Assembly (NCBI GenBank): GCA_963765575.1
Contig: CAVXWZ010000002.1
Coordinates: 635,216 to 699,215 of the forward strand
Origin: an uncultured cyanobacterium
Lineage (GTDB): Bacteria > Cyanobacteriota > Cyanobacteriia > PCC-6307 > Cyanobiaceae
Length of the DNA stretch: 64,000 nucleotides
Reading direction: 5' to 3'
This document shows, piece after piece, positions 42,167-52,208 of this stretch. Each line of letters starts with the position of its first letter. The first letter of the stretch is position 1. The notes under the pieces are model-generated. The model searched no databases and was not told where the DNA came from. It worked only from the letters and a program-made list of their open reading frames with translations. The position numbers and the translations under genes are program-made.

Positions 42167-43369
42167 ATGAAGATCTTGGTTCTCGGCGGCGACGGCTTCT
42201 GCGGTTGGCCCTGCGCCGTCAACCTCGCCGATGCCGGCCACGACGTGCTGATCGTCGACAACCTCAGCCGGCGCAAGATCGACATCGACCTGGAGGTGGA
42301 GTCGCTGACGCCCATCGCCACCATCGGTGAGCGGCTGCGGGCCTGGGAGCAGGTGGGCGGCAAGCCGATGGACTTCGAGCAGCTCGACATCGCCACGGAA
42401 TACGACCGCCTGCTGGAGCTGCTGCGCCGGGAGCGCCCCGACGCCGTGGTGCACTTCGCCGAACAACGGGCGGCCCCCTATTCGATGAAGAGCAGCGCCA
42501 CCAAGCGCTACACCGTGGACAACAACGTCAACGGCACCCACAACCTGCTGGCCGCGATCGTGGAGAGCGGCCTCGACATTCACATCGTGCACCTGGGCAC
42601 GATGGGGGTGTACGGCTACGGCTCCCACCGCGGCGCCACGATTCCCGAGGGCTACCTCACGGTGGAGGTGCCCCAGCCGGATGGCAGCCGCTTCACCGAG
42701 AAGATCCTGCACCCTGCCAGCCCCGGCAGTGTGTATCACATGACCAAGACCCTGGATCAGTTGTTGTTTCTCTACTACAACAAAAACGACCAGATCCGCA
42801 TCACCGACCTCCACCAGGGCATCGTCTGGGGCACCAATACGGCCCTCACCGAAAAGGATCCGCGCCTCACCAATCGCTTCGACTACGACGGCGACTACGG
42901 CACGGTGCTCAACCGTTTTCTGATGCAGGCGGCCATCGGCTACCCGCTCACCGTGCACGGCACCGGCGGCCAGACCCGCGCCTTCATCCACATCCGCGAT
43001 TCGGTGCGCTGCGTGCAGCTGGCCCTGGAGCACCCGCCTGCCCACGGCGAGAAGGTGAAGATCTTCAACCAGATGACCGAAAGCCACCAGGTGGGCGAGC
43101 TGGCCCGCAAAGTGGCTGACCTCAGCGGCGCCGAGATCACCTACCTGCCCAACCCCCGCAACGAGGCCGTGGAGAACGACCTGATCGTGGACAACCGCTG
43201 CTTCATCGAGCTCGGTCTCAACCCCACCACCCTCGATGACGGCCTGATGGCCGAGGTGGTGGACGTGGCCCGGCGCTGGGCCGACCGTTGCGACCGCAGC
43301 CGCATCCCCTGCCAGTCGGCCTGGACCAGCACCCAGGCCCAGGCCATCGCGGCCGTTCCGGCCGCCTGA
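42167..43369 (+). CDS. sqdB: UDP-sulfoquinovose synthase
   Basis: LGGDGFCGWP, FAEQRAAPYSM, GTMGVYG, YHMTK, RFDYDG. Confidence 0.96.
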   Translation: MKILVLGGDGFCGWPCAVNLADAGHDVLIVDNLSRRKIDIDLEVESLTPIATIGERLRAWEQVGGKPMDFEQLDIATEYDRLLELLRRERPDAVVHFAEQRAAPYSMKSSATKRYTVDNNVNGTHNLLAAIVESGLDIHIVHLGTMGVYGYGSHRGATIPEGYLTVEVPQPDGSRFTEKILHPASPGSVYHMTKTLDQLLFLYYNKNDQIRITDLHQGIVWGTNTALTEKDPRLTNRFDYDGDYGTVLNRFLMQAAIGYPLTVHGTGGQTRAFIHIRDSVRCVQLALEHPPAHGEKVKIFNQMTESHQVGELARKVADLSGAEITYLPNPRNEAVENDLIVDNRCFIELGLNPTTLDDGLMAEVVDVARRWADRCDRSRIPCQSAWTSTQAQAIAAVPAA

Positions 43370-43395
43370 CCGCCGCCATCCCCGGCCCTCCCCCC

Positions 43396-44544
43396 TTGAA
43401 GATCGCCTTCTTCACCGAAACCTTCCTGCCCAAGGTGGACGGGATCGTCACCCGCCTCACCAAGACCGTGGAGCATCTGGTGGCGGCGGGCGATGAGGTG
43501 CTCATCGTCTGCCCTGAAGGCGCGCCTGCCGCCTACATGGGTGCCCGGGTGGTGGGGGTGCCGGCCATGCCGCTGCCCCTCTACCCCGAGCTGAAGCTGG
43601 CCCTGCCGCGACCAGCGGTGTCGGAGGCCCTGGACGCCTTCGACCCCGACCTGGTGCATGTGGTGAATCCGGCCGTGCTCGGCCTGGGCGGCATCTGGCT
43701 GGCCAAGACCAAGGGCTATCCGCTGGTGGCCAGCTACCACACCCACCTGCCCAAATACCTGGAGCACTACGGCATGGGCATGCTTGAGCCCCTGCTCTGG
43801 GAGCTGCTCAAGGCCGCCCACAACCAGGCCAGCCTCAACCTCTGCACCTCCACCGCCATGGTGCAGGAGCTGAGCGAGAAGGGCATCCAGCACACCGACC
43901 TCTGGCAGCGGGGGGTGGACACGGAGCTGTTCCGGCCCGAGCTGCGCAACGAGGCCAGCCGCCGCCGACTGCTCGGTGGCCACAGCGACACCGGCAAACT
44001 GCTGCTCTACATCGGTCGCCTGTCGGCGGAGAAGCAGATCGAGCGCATCCGGCCGGTGCTCGAGGCCCTGCCCGACGCCCGCCTGGCCCTGGTGGGCGAT
44101 GGTCCCCACCGCCAGCAGCTCGAGGCCCACTTCAGCGGTCTTCCCGTCACCTTCGTGGGTTACCTGGCGGGCGAGGAGCTGGCGGCCGCCTACGCCAGCG
44201 GCGATGCCTTCCTCTTCCCCTCCAGCACCGAAACCCTGGGGCTGGTGCTGCTGGAGGCGATGGCGGCCGGCTGCCCGGTGGTGGGGGCCAACCGCGGCGG
44301 CATTCCCGACATCGTCACCGACGGGGTGAATGGCTGCCTCTACGAGCCCGATGGGCCCGATGGCGGTGCCACCAGCCTGACGGCGGGGGTGCAGCGCCTG
44401 CTGGGCCAGGGGGCCGAGCGCCAGGGCCTACGCCAGGCCGCCCGGGCGGAAGCCGAGCGCTGGGGCTGGGCCGGGGCCACCGACCAGCTGCGTGGCTACT
44501 ACAGGCGTCTGCTGGAGGGCAAAGCGCTCAGCCTGGTGGCCTGA
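43396..44544 (+). CDS. sqdX: Sulfoquinovosyl transferase (GT4)
   Basis: FTETFLPKVDG, SYHTH, ETLGLVLLEAMA; follows sqdB. Confidence 0.92.
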   Translation: MKIAFFTETFLPKVDGIVTRLTKTVEHLVAAGDEVLIVCPEGAPAAYMGARVVGVPAMPLPLYPELKLALPRPAVSEALDAFDPDLVHVVNPAVLGLGGIWLAKTKGYPLVASYHTHLPKYLEHYGMGMLEPLLWELLKAAHNQASLNLCTSTAMVQELSEKGIQHTDLWQRGVDTELFRPELRNEASRRRLLGGHSDTGKLLLYIGRLSAEKQIERIRPVLEALPDARLALVGDGPHRQQLEAHFSGLPVTFVGYLAGEELAAAYASGDAFLFPSSTETLGLVLLEAMAAGCPVVGANRGGIPDIVTDGVNGCLYEPDGPDGGATSLTAGVQRLLGQGAERQGLRQAARAEAERWGWAGATDQLRGYYRRLLEGKALSLVA

Positions 44545-44558
44545 TCCGTTCCTTTGCT

Positions 44559-44609
44559 TGACCAGGCCAGCTGTGTGATCAGGCCAGCTGTGTGATCAAG
44601 CCAGCTGCC
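44559..44609. repeat. 17-bp tandem repeat, about 3 copies
   Basis: TGACCAGGCCAGCTGTG / TGATCAGGCCAGCTGTG / TGATCAAGCCAGCTGCC between convergent sqdX and mrdA. Confidence 0.9.
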
Positions 44610-44612
44610 GGA

Positions 44613-46382
44613 TCACTCCAGTCGGGCGCCAGGCGGCGGCGCGGCGGCGGGCCGGCCGTTCTGGAACCAGGCGCTGAACAGGGCCTGGGCCATGGGGACC
44701 GCCACGGTGCCGCCGTAGCCCCCCGAGTTCTCCCCGAAGGCGATCACCACCAGATCAGCGCCGACGGCCGGCGCGTAGCCGCCGAACCAGGCATGCACGG
44801 GCCTGGGCGGATCCTCGGCGGTGCCCGTCTTCCCCGCCACGGGGGGCAGATTGGGCTGGTTGAGCGCCCGGGCCGTGCCCTGCTCCACCGCCAGACGCAG
44901 GCCCCGGCTCACCGTGCTGAAGGTGTCCGGCTGGAAGCCGATCCACTGCCGCTGCGGCTCCTGCTCCACCAGGTGGGGGGTCACCAGCCAGCCACCGTTG
45001 GCCACAGCGGCAAACACGCGGGCCATCTGCAGGGGGGTGACCAGCACAGCCCCCTGGCCGATGGAGGCGGTGATCGTGTCCACATCGGTCCAGGGCTCGG
45101 CCAGCACCTCTTTCTTCCAGGCCTTGTCGCCCAACAGGCCCTTGCCCTCCTCCTCCTTCAGCTCCACACCGGTGCGCGACCCGAGCCCCAGCCGCCGGGC
45201 CGTCGCGAAAATGGCGTCGGCACCGGTGGCGATGCCCGCCCGGTAGAAAAAGCTGTTGCTGCTCAGGGCCAGGGCCATCGGGAAGCCCAGCTGCCCCATG
45301 CTCACGTGGTCGCGATAGCAGAGGCCAGCGCGGCAGTAGGAGGCGGTGGTGAGCTCGGTGGAGGTGGGGCTGTAGCGGTCGGACTCCAGGGCCGCCATGG
45401 CGGTGACAATCTTGAAGGTGCTGGCGGGCGGAAATCCCTGCAGCGTCCGGTTCAGCAGGGGCGCCTCGGGGCTGTTGAGCGCCGACCACTGGCTGATGCT
45501 GGGGGCCGGGGAAAAGATGTTGGGATCAAATGTGGGCCGGCTGGCCATGGCGCGGATCGCACCGGTGTTGGGATCCATGGCCACGATCGCCCCCTTGGCG
45601 ACACCATCGAGGGCCTTTTCAGCGGCCTGCTGCAGGGGCAGGTCCAGGGTCAGGCGCAGGTCCTTGCCGGCGCTGGCGGGCTTCTCACCCAGCACCCGCT
45701 GCACCTGGCCGGCGGCGTTCACCTCCACCTGCTGGCCACCCCACTCGCCGCGCAGGTGGGCTTCGAACACCTTCTCCACGCCACTGCGGCCGACACGGTC
45801 GCGGATGCGGTAGCCCTGATCCCGCAGGCGCAGGTATTCCTCTTCGGTGATGCCGCTGGTGTAGCCCAGCAGATGGGCGCCGAGACGGCCGTTGGGATAG
45901 CTGCGCAGCACGTCCACATCCACCTCGGCCCCCGGCAGCTCGCTGGCGCGCTCGCGGAAGCGCAGCACCTGATCGGGCTGGAGGCCCTCGGCCAGCAGGA
46001 TGCGGAAACCCTCGCCGTTGGTGCCGGAGCGGCGCTGCTCGTCGAGGTTGGCGGGCGGCAGGTTCAGCAGGGCAGCGAGGCGATCGCGCAGATCCGGCCA
46101 GTCCGCCTCGCTGGCCTCCCGGGGCTGCACGTAGAGGTTGTAGGTGAGCCGGCTCGTGGCCAGCACCCGGCCATGGCGATCCAGCAGCCGGCCGCGGATG
46201 GGATTGCGCGGCAGCAGGCGGATGCGGTTTTCGTCGGCCCGCTGCCGGTTCTCAGCCCCATGCAGAAGCTGCAGCCAGGCCAGGCGCGTGACCATGGCCG
46301 AGCTGAACAGCACCACCACCAGCAGCAGCCACACCGGCTGGCGGCCCAGGCCGCTGTGGCGGCCGCCCGAGACGAACGCCAT
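44613..46382 (-). CDS. mrdA: Penicillin-binding protein 2
   Basis: N-terminal TM, RGRLLDR, STFK (SxxK), SSN (SxN), KTGT. Confidence 0.94.
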   Translation of the reverse strand: MAFVSGGRHSGLGRQPVWLLLVVVLFSSAMVTRLAWLQLLHGAENRQRADENRIRLLPRNPIRGRLLDRHGRVLATSRLTYNLYVQPREASEADWPDLRDRLAALLNLPPANLDEQRRSGTNGEGFRILLAEGLQPDQVLRFRERASELPGAEVDVDVLRSYPNGRLGAHLLGYTSGITEEEYLRLRDQGYRIRDRVGRSGVEKVFEAHLRGEWGGQQVEVNAAGQVQRVLGEKPASAGKDLRLTLDLPLQQAAEKALDGVAKGAIVAMDPNTGAIRAMASRPTFDPNIFSPAPSISQWSALNSPEAPLLNRTLQGFPPASTFKIVTAMAALESDRYSPTSTELTTASYCRAGLCYRDHVSMGQLGFPMALALSSNSFFYRAGIATGADAIFATARRLGLGSRTGVELKEEEGKGLLGDKAWKKEVLAEPWTDVDTITASIGQGAVLVTPLQMARVFAAVANGGWLVTPHLVEQEPQRQWIGFQPDTFSTVSRGLRLAVEQGTARALNQPNLPPVAGKTGTAEDPPRPVHAWFGGYAPAVGADLVVIAFGENSGGYGGTVAVPMAQALFSAWFQNGRPAAAPPPGARLE

Positions 46383-46385
46383 CAG

Positions 46386-46793
46386 CTAGCGAGGGTCGGC
46401 GGAGGCCTCGGGCGCTGGCGGGGCCAGCAAGGTGTGCTCGAGGTGCTGCAGACGGGTGGCGATCGCCGCCAGGCGCTGCTGCAGCTCGGCCGGATCGCCG
46501 GAATCGCTGCCGTCCTCGCTGGTAGCGGCCCTCTCATCCACATCGCGCACCTCCACCTCCATCACCGGATTGCCAAGGCCGGGACTCACCTGATCGAGCT
46601 GGGCGCGCACACGGCTGGCCGCCGGCTCCCCCTCCTGGCGCAGCTGACCAAGGGGATCCTCGCTGCTGCCATCAAAGGCTGCCATCACCTGACGCGGGCC
46701 GCCCTTGCGGGCGCGGTCGACCACGGCCATGCCCACGGGCAACAGGTCCTGCATCAGGGTGAGCCGCAGGGCGTCAAGGGGGTCGGCGGCCAT
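46386..46793 (-). CDS. Hypothetical protein
   Basis: MAADPLDALRLTLMQD..LDQVSPGLGNPVM; host-like codon usage, directly upstream of mrdA. Confidence 0.7.
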   Translation of the reverse strand: MAADPLDALRLTLMQDLLPVGMAVVDRARKGGPRQVMAAFDGSSEDPLGQLRQEGEPAASRVRAQLDQVSPGLGNPVMEVEVRDVDERAATSEDGSDSGDPAELQQRLAAIATRLQHLEHTLLAPPAPEASADPR

Positions 46794-46876
46794 CACCGGA
46801 CGGGCAGGGTCTTCCAGTCTGCCTTGAGCGCCCCGGGGGCAGGGCGGGCTGACCCATTCAGGGCAGGCTGACTGGT

Positions 46877-47530
46877 TCAGGGCAGGGTGTCCATGAGCGG
46901 CGCCGGTGCCAGGGGGGCCCGGCAGGCCTGCTGGCTGGCCAACCACCAGCCACCAACCCCAGCCACCACCAGCAGGGCGGCCATCGGCAGCAGGGCCTGC
47001 CGGGTGATGTCGAGGCTGATCCACTCGCCCCAGGCGCGCAGGGTGCGGTCGCGGTCGAAGCGACGGCGCTCCCGGACCTCCTCCCGCTGGCGGCGCTGCA
47101 GGGAGCGGCTCACCCAGCGCTCGAAGGCCCGCTTCTTGGTGACGGCCATCTTGCGCTCCACCTCCAGCAGGTGGCCGGCGCCGAGCTCGGGGTTGAAGGT
47201 GGTGATCAGCTCCAGGCTCTTGAGGAACATCTCCACCGCCCCGTCCTTGGCGCGGCGCTCCTCCTCCTCGAGCAGATCCCAGTCGAGTTCCGGGTAGAAG
47301 CGGCGGCGGTTGGCCGCGATCTGCTCCTCTGGCAGCTGGCCGGGCTCGCGCAACCAGCGGTCGGTGTTGGCGTCGAAGCGCCGCCAGTAAAGGAAAGGGT
47401 TGAGGTAGATGGTCTTGCCGCCCAGCTGGATGCTGTCCTGCTGGAGCCGACGCTGCAGCTCAGACTCGCTGGATGGGGCAGGGGCGGCGCTCACGGCACG
47501 GCAAACCGGGGACCCGAAGGTAACGGACAC
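46877..47530 (-). CDS. Hypothetical membrane protein
   Basis: YLNPFLYWRRFD..DRWLREPGQ, C-terminal TM helix; start uncertain. Confidence 0.7.
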   Translation of the reverse strand: MSVTFGSPVCRAVSAAPAPSSESELQRRLQQDSIQLGGKTIYLNPFLYWRRFDANTDRWLREPGQLPEEQIAANRRRFYPELDWDLLEEEERRAKDGAVEMFLKSLELITTFNPELGAGHLLEVERKMAVTKKRAFERWVSRSLQRRQREEVRERRRFDRDRTLRAWGEWISLDITRQALLPMAALLVVAGVGGWWLASQQACRAPLAPAPLMDTLP

Positions 47531-47557
47531 CCCCCGAGCTCGCCACGGGGTGGGGGG

Positions 47558-49147
47558 TCACTCCCACTCGATCGTGCCGGGCGGCTTGCTGGTGATGTCG
47601 AGCACCACCCGGTTCACCCCCTGCACCTCATTGACGATGCGGTTGGAGATGGTCTCCAGCAGGTCGTAGGGCAAGCGCGACCAGTCCGCTGTCATGCCGT
47701 CCTCCGAGGACACGCAGCGCAGCACCACCGGGAAGGCATAGGTGCGCTTGTCGCCCATCACGCCGACGCTGCGCACGGGCAGGAGCACCGCGAAGGCCTG
47801 CCAGATCTCGTGGTAGAGGCCAGCGTTGCTGACCTCTTCGCGCACCACCAGATCGGCGTCGCGGAGGATGTTGAGCTTGTCGTCGGTGACCTCACCGAGG
47901 ATGCGGATCGCCAGACCCGGGCCCGGGAAGGGATGGCGGCCCACGATCTCTTCCGGCAGGCCCAGGGAGCGGCCCACCTTGCGCACCTCGTCCTTGAACA
48001 GGCGGCGCAGGGGCTCCACCAGCTTGAACTGCAGATCCTTGGGCAGACCGCCGACGTTGTGGTGGCTCTTGATCTTCACCGCCACCCGCTCGCCGGTGCG
48101 GGGATCGACGTTGGTGTCGGCGCTCTCGATCACATCGGGATAGAGGGTGCCCTGGGCCAGGTAGTCGAAGGGGCCAAGTCGCTTGCTCTCCTGCTCGAAC
48201 ACGCGAATGAATTCGGCGCCGATCAACTTGCGTTTCTCCTCCGGATCAGTGATGCCGGCCAGTTTGCTGATGAAGCGCTGGCGGGCATTGATGTACTCCA
48301 CTTTGATGTGGAACTTGCGGTCGAAGAAGTCCATCAGAAACTCAGGCTCACCCTTGCGCATGAAGCCCTGGTCAATGAACATGCAAGTGAGTCGATCGCC
48401 AATCGCCCGGTGCAGCAGGAAGGCCAGGGTTGAGGAGTCGACGCCGCCGGAGAGCGCCAGCAGCACCCGTTTCTCACCCACCTGGCTGCGCACCTCGCCG
48501 ATGGCTTCGTCGATGAAGGCGGCGGTGGTCCAGTCGGCTTCGCAGCCGCAGATGTGATACACGAAGTTGCGCAGCATCGCCATGCCGCAACTGGAGTGGA
48601 CCACCTCGGGATGGAACTGCACGCCGTAATGGCGATTGCCGTGATCGGCCACCGCCGCCTCCGGCGTGTTGTCGGTGTGGGCCAGGCGCACGAAACCCGG
48701 CGGCAGCCGCTCCACCGAATCGCCATGGCTCATCCACATCGTCGAGCCCTCGTCGACGTTGGTGAGCAGGTCGGTGGGGTCGTCGACATGCAGCGCCGCC
48801 TTGCCGTATTCCGCCCGCCCCGCCGCCACCACCGAACCGCCCCGTTGCTGCACCATCAGCTGCATGCCGTAGCAGACCCCCAGCACCGGGATGCCCAGCT
48901 CCCAGATGCCCGGATCACACACCGGCGCCCCGTCCTCGTAGACCGAACTGGGGCCGCCGCTGAGGATGATGCCCCGGGGGGCGAGCTGGCGCAGCTGCTC
49001 GGCGCTCGTGGTGTAGCTGATCACCAGCGAGAACACCTCGGTTTCGCGCACCCGCCGGGCGATCAGCTCGGAGTACTGGGAGCCGAAGTCCAGGATCACG
49101 ATCGCCGGATGGCGGGACGATTGCGAGGCGGCGTCGATCACGGGCAT
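47558..49147 (-). CDS. guaA: GMP synthase (glutamine-hydrolysing)
   Basis: [42 protein letters not shown]. Confidence 0.98.
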   Translation of the reverse strand: MPVIDAASQSSRHPAIVILDFGSQYSELIARRVRETEVFSLVISYTTSAEQLRQLAPRGIILSGGPSSVYEDGAPVCDPGIWELGIPVLGVCYGMQLMVQQRGGSVVAAGRAEYGKAALHVDDPTDLLTNVDEGSTMWMSHGDSVERLPPGFVRLAHTDNTPEAAVADHGNRHYGVQFHPEVVHSSCGMAMLRNFVYHICGCEADWTTAAFIDEAIGEVRSQVGEKRVLLALSGGVDSSTLAFLLHRAIGDRLTCMFIDQGFMRKGEPEFLMDFFDRKFHIKVEYINARQRFISKLAGITDPEEKRKLIGAEFIRVFEQESKRLGPFDYLAQGTLYPDVIESADTNVDPRTGERVAVKIKSHHNVGGLPKDLQFKLVEPLRRLFKDEVRKVGRSLGLPEEIVGRHPFPGPGLAIRILGEVTDDKLNILRDADLVVREEVSNAGLYHEIWQAFAVLLPVRSVGVMGDKRTYAFPVVLRCVSSEDGMTADWSRLPYDLLETISNRIVNEVQGVNRVVLDITSKPPGTIEWE

Positions 49148-49174
49148 GGGCGCTGGGCGGGCCGGCGTTGAAGC

Positions 49175-50314
49175 CTAGGGGGGGCCCTCGGGGGGCTCGA
49201 CTGCCGCGCCGCTGAGGGCTGCCAGCAACCGCTCACCCTCAGGTCCGCAGGCCCGCACCCGGCGCTGGCGATCGAACAGCACCGCCCCCACCGCCAGCGG
49301 GCCCGGCTGGCCGTGGCTGCGCAGGTAGGCCTGGCTGCGGTGCTCGATCGCCGTGGCGATCCGGGTCCGCAACCGCTCCGCCAGCGCGGGCTGCTGCTGC
49401 TCCAGCGCGCTGAGGGCCGTGTCGACGCTGGTGGCGGCATGCAGCCGGGCCAGCTCCACCCCGCCCAGGCCCTCCAGCGCCGCCAGGGCGGTGAGCACCT
49501 CGGCGCGGCCATCGGCCAGGTGGTGGTGGGTGTGGAAGATGCCACCGGCCAGCTTGATCAGCTTGCCCTGGACGCCGAACAGCAGCAGCCGCCGCACCCC
49601 GGCCTCGGCGGCCGCCACCAGCAGGGGCCCGAGCCAGTTGCCGGCCTTGAGCAGCAGGGCGGCCGGCAGACCCAGTCGCGGCGCCAGGTCGAGGCCGTTC
49701 TCGCCGATCACCAGCACCAGATCACCGCCGAAGTCGGCCGCGGCGGCGCGCTGGCGCAGGCTGGCCAGGGCCGCCTGCAGCTGCTCGGGGGCGGCGCTGC
49801 GCTGCACCTCGGCCTGGGTGCCGATCAGGGCCAGCCCCTCCACCACGCCGAAGGCGGCGTTGCTGGTGCGTTCCGCCAGGCGGCGGCCCTCCGGAATCGT
49901 GAGCTCCAGCCCCAGCCGCCGCCCGGGCGGCACCAAGGGCCGCAGGTTCCACTCCAGCAGCTGGCGCGCGTAGCCCGACAGGCAGGCCTCACCGCTGGCC
50001 TCGATCACCCCCACACCGGCGCCGGCCCGCAGCTCCAGCCAGGGGCCGTCACCTTCAAGCCAGCGCGCCTGCACCCACAGGAGCAGATCCCGGGTGAGGT
50101 CGAGCACCCCTGCGCCGGGGTCGCAGCGGGCCATGGCCAGGGCGCTGCCATCGCCCAGGGGAGCCGCCGCCTCGATCGGGATCAAGCGGGGCTCGGCGCC
50201 GGTATCCAGCCGCAGGGGCTGCTCCCGCGCCACCGGCTCCCGCAGCAGCCCCTGCAGGGCCGCCCGCGCCGCTGCGGCGCACCACACCGGCAGGGTGTAG
50301 CCGCCCTCAGCCAT
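49175..50314 (-). CDS. cbiD: Cobalt-precorrin-5B C1-methyltransferase
   Basis: GYTLPV, LDLTR, AERTSNAAFGVVEGLALIGT, GKLIKLAGGIFHTH. Confidence 0.93.
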   Translation of the reverse strand: MAEGGYTLPVWCAAAARAALQGLLREPVAREQPLRLDTGAEPRLIPIEAAAPLGDGSALAMARCDPGAGVLDLTRDLLLWVQARWLEGDGPWLELRAGAGVGVIEASGEACLSGYARQLLEWNLRPLVPPGRRLGLELTIPEGRRLAERTSNAAFGVVEGLALIGTQAEVQRSAAPEQLQAALASLRQRAAAADFGGDLVLVIGENGLDLAPRLGLPAALLLKAGNWLGPLLVAAAEAGVRRLLLFGVQGKLIKLAGGIFHTHHHLADGRAEVLTALAALEGLGGVELARLHAATSVDTALSALEQQQPALAERLRTRIATAIEHRSQAYLRSHGQPGPLAVGAVLFDRQRRVRACGPEGERLLAALSGAAVEPPEGPP

Positions 50315-50430
50315 CGATGCGGTGTGCGCTGGTCATTGGGGGGGCTGGGTGGACTGTTTTTTATGGTGGTCGACTGTGGCGCCGCCGGGCGCACCCTCCA
50401 ACACTCCGCCTCGCCCCCGCCACTCCCGCC

Positions 50431-51582
50431 ATGCAGGACAAGCTCGCCCTGATGATCCCCGGCCCCACCCCGGTGCCGGAGACCATCCTGCAGGCCATGG
50501 GCCGCCACCCGATCGGCCACCGCAGCGCCGACTTCCAGGCGATCGTGCGGCGCACCAGCGAGCAGCTCAAGTGGCTGCATCAGACCAGCGGCGATGTGCT
50601 GGTGATCACCGGCAGCGGCACCGCCGCCATGGAGGCGGGGATCATCAACGTGCTGAGCCGGGGTGAGCGGGTGCTCTGCGGCGACAACGGCAAGTTTGGT
50701 GAGCGCTGGGTGAAGGTGGCGCGGGCCTACGGGCTGGACGTGCAGGTGATCCAGGCGGAGTGGGGCCAGCCGCTCGATCCCGAGGCCTTCCGCGCCGCCC
50801 TGGAGGCCGACACGGCCAAGGCGATCAAGGCCGTGATCCTCACCCACTCGGAAACCTCCACGGGCGTGATCAACGACCTGGAGACCATCGCCCGCCATGT
50901 GCGGGCCCACGGCACGGCCCTGGCGATCGCCGACTGCGTCACCAGCCTGGGAGCCTGCAACGTGCCCATGGACGCCTGGGGCCTCGACGTGGTGGGCTCG
51001 GGCTCCCAGAAGGGGTACATGATGCCGCCGGGCCTGGCCTTCGTGGCCATGAGCGAGCGGGCCTGGCAGGCCGCCAAGGGCTCCGACCTGCCGAAGTTCT
51101 ATCTCGACCTGGCCAAGTACCGCAAATCCGCCAAGGCCGACAGCAACCCCTTCACGCCGGCCGTGAACCTCTACTTCGCCCTGGAGGCGGCGCTGACGAT
51201 GATGCAGGCGGAGGGGCTGGAGGCGATCTTCAGCCGCCATGCCCGCCACCGCGGCGCCGTCCAGGCCGGCATGACGGCCATGGGCCTGCCGCTCTATGCC
51301 GCCGCCGGCCACGGCAGCCCGGCGATCACGGCGGTGGCCCCGCAGGGCGTCGACGCCGAGACCCTGCGCAAGCGGGTGAAGGAGCGCTTCGACATCCTGC
51401 TGGCCGGGGGCCAGGACCACCTCAAGGGCAAGGTTTTCCGCATCGGCCACCTGGGCTTCGTGTGCGACCGGGATGTGCTCACCGCCGTGGCCGCCATCGA
51501 GGCCGTCGTGCAGGAGCTGGGGCTGCACAGGGCAACCCCTGGTGCCGGGGTCGCCGCCTGCGCCGCCGCCCTCGCGGGCTAG
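50431..51582 (+). CDS. Class V PLP aminotransferase (alanine/serine-glyoxylate type)
   Basis: MIPGPTPVP, HSETSTG, GSQK, PFTP, FRIGHLG. Confidence 0.92.
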   Translation: MQDKLALMIPGPTPVPETILQAMGRHPIGHRSADFQAIVRRTSEQLKWLHQTSGDVLVITGSGTAAMEAGIINVLSRGERVLCGDNGKFGERWVKVARAYGLDVQVIQAEWGQPLDPEAFRAALEADTAKAIKAVILTHSETSTGVINDLETIARHVRAHGTALAIADCVTSLGACNVPMDAWGLDVVGSGSQKGYMMPPGLAFVAMSERAWQAAKGSDLPKFYLDLAKYRKSAKADSNPFTPAVNLYFALEAALTMMQAEGLEAIFSRHARHRGAVQAGMTAMGLPLYAAAGHGSPAITAVAPQGVDAETLRKRVKERFDILLAGGQDHLKGKVFRIGHLGFVCDRDVLTAVAAIEAVVQELGLHRATPGAGVAACAAALAG

Positions 51583-51593
51583 GGTTCAACAAC

Positions 51594-51627
51594 TAAGGAA
51601 CCGCAGACGCGCAGTTCCTTATGTTTT
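51594..51627 (+). terminator. Hairpin with T-rich tail between the aminotransferase and tRNA-Gly
   Basis: TAAGGAAC (51594-51601) pairs with GTTCCTTA (51614-51621), followed by TGTTTT. Confidence 0.4.
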
Positions 51628-51699
51628 GCGGGTGTAATTCAGTGGTAGAATGTCAGCTTCCCAAGCTGAACGTCGCCGGTTCGAGTCCGGTCACCCGCT
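51628..51699 (+). tRNA. tRNA-Gly (CCC)
   Basis: GCGGGTGTAATTCAGTGGTAGAATGTCAGCTTCCCAAGCTGAACGTCGCCGGTTCGAGTCCGGTCACCCGCT; cloverleaf, anticodon CCC. Confidence 0.97.
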
Positions 51700-51957
51700 T
51701 TTAGTCCAGGCCTAAAATCTGTTGTTCTTCAAGCGATCATCTCTCTTGGCACGCGCTGGCAGCATGCCAGAGGCTGACTGTGGATAACAGGTCATGCCCG
51801 CGATTGGTGCAACCTTCTCACAGGGCTTCTCACTGCTGGGTCGTTTCATGGCCTGATTTGACCGTCCTTGATCGGTCCGGATCGCCGCAGTGGATCGATC
51901 GAATCCGAGACCTGAAACGCGACCTCTGATGCGGTCCTGAGCTGGCCTGACCCCCAG

Positions 51958-52206
51958 GTGGCGTACCGCGTGCTGACCGAGACCGCCGTAAGCATCTCGG
52001 AACACAAAAAGAACCCGATGGCCACCGTGGCGGCCGGTGAGGGGACGGCGGTCGCGGTGCTCAACCGCAATGAGCCGGCCTTCTACTGCGTTCCGGCCAA
52101 GGCCTACGAGGAGCTGATGGATCTCGTGGAAGACCTGGAGCTAGGCCGCATTGCCGATGCCCGCCTGGCGGCCGGCCAGGAGGGCTGCAGGTCAGCCTCG
52201 ATCTAA
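51958..52206 (+). CDS. Phd/YefM (StbD-like) antitoxin with altered C-terminus; cognate toxin absent
   Basis: SISEHKKNPM..GEG.AVAVLNRNEPAFYCVPAKAYEELMDLVEDLEL; apparent frameshift near 52185. Confidence 0.88.
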   Translation: MAYRVLTETAVSISEHKKNPMATVAAGEGTAVAVLNRNEPAFYCVPAKAYEELMDLVEDLELGRIADARLAAGQEGCRSASI

Positions 52207-52208
52207 GT

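Noticed and set aside
44559..44609. Possible CRISPR array
   Set aside because: Units are contiguous 17-mers with no spacers, and no cas genes are in the window.
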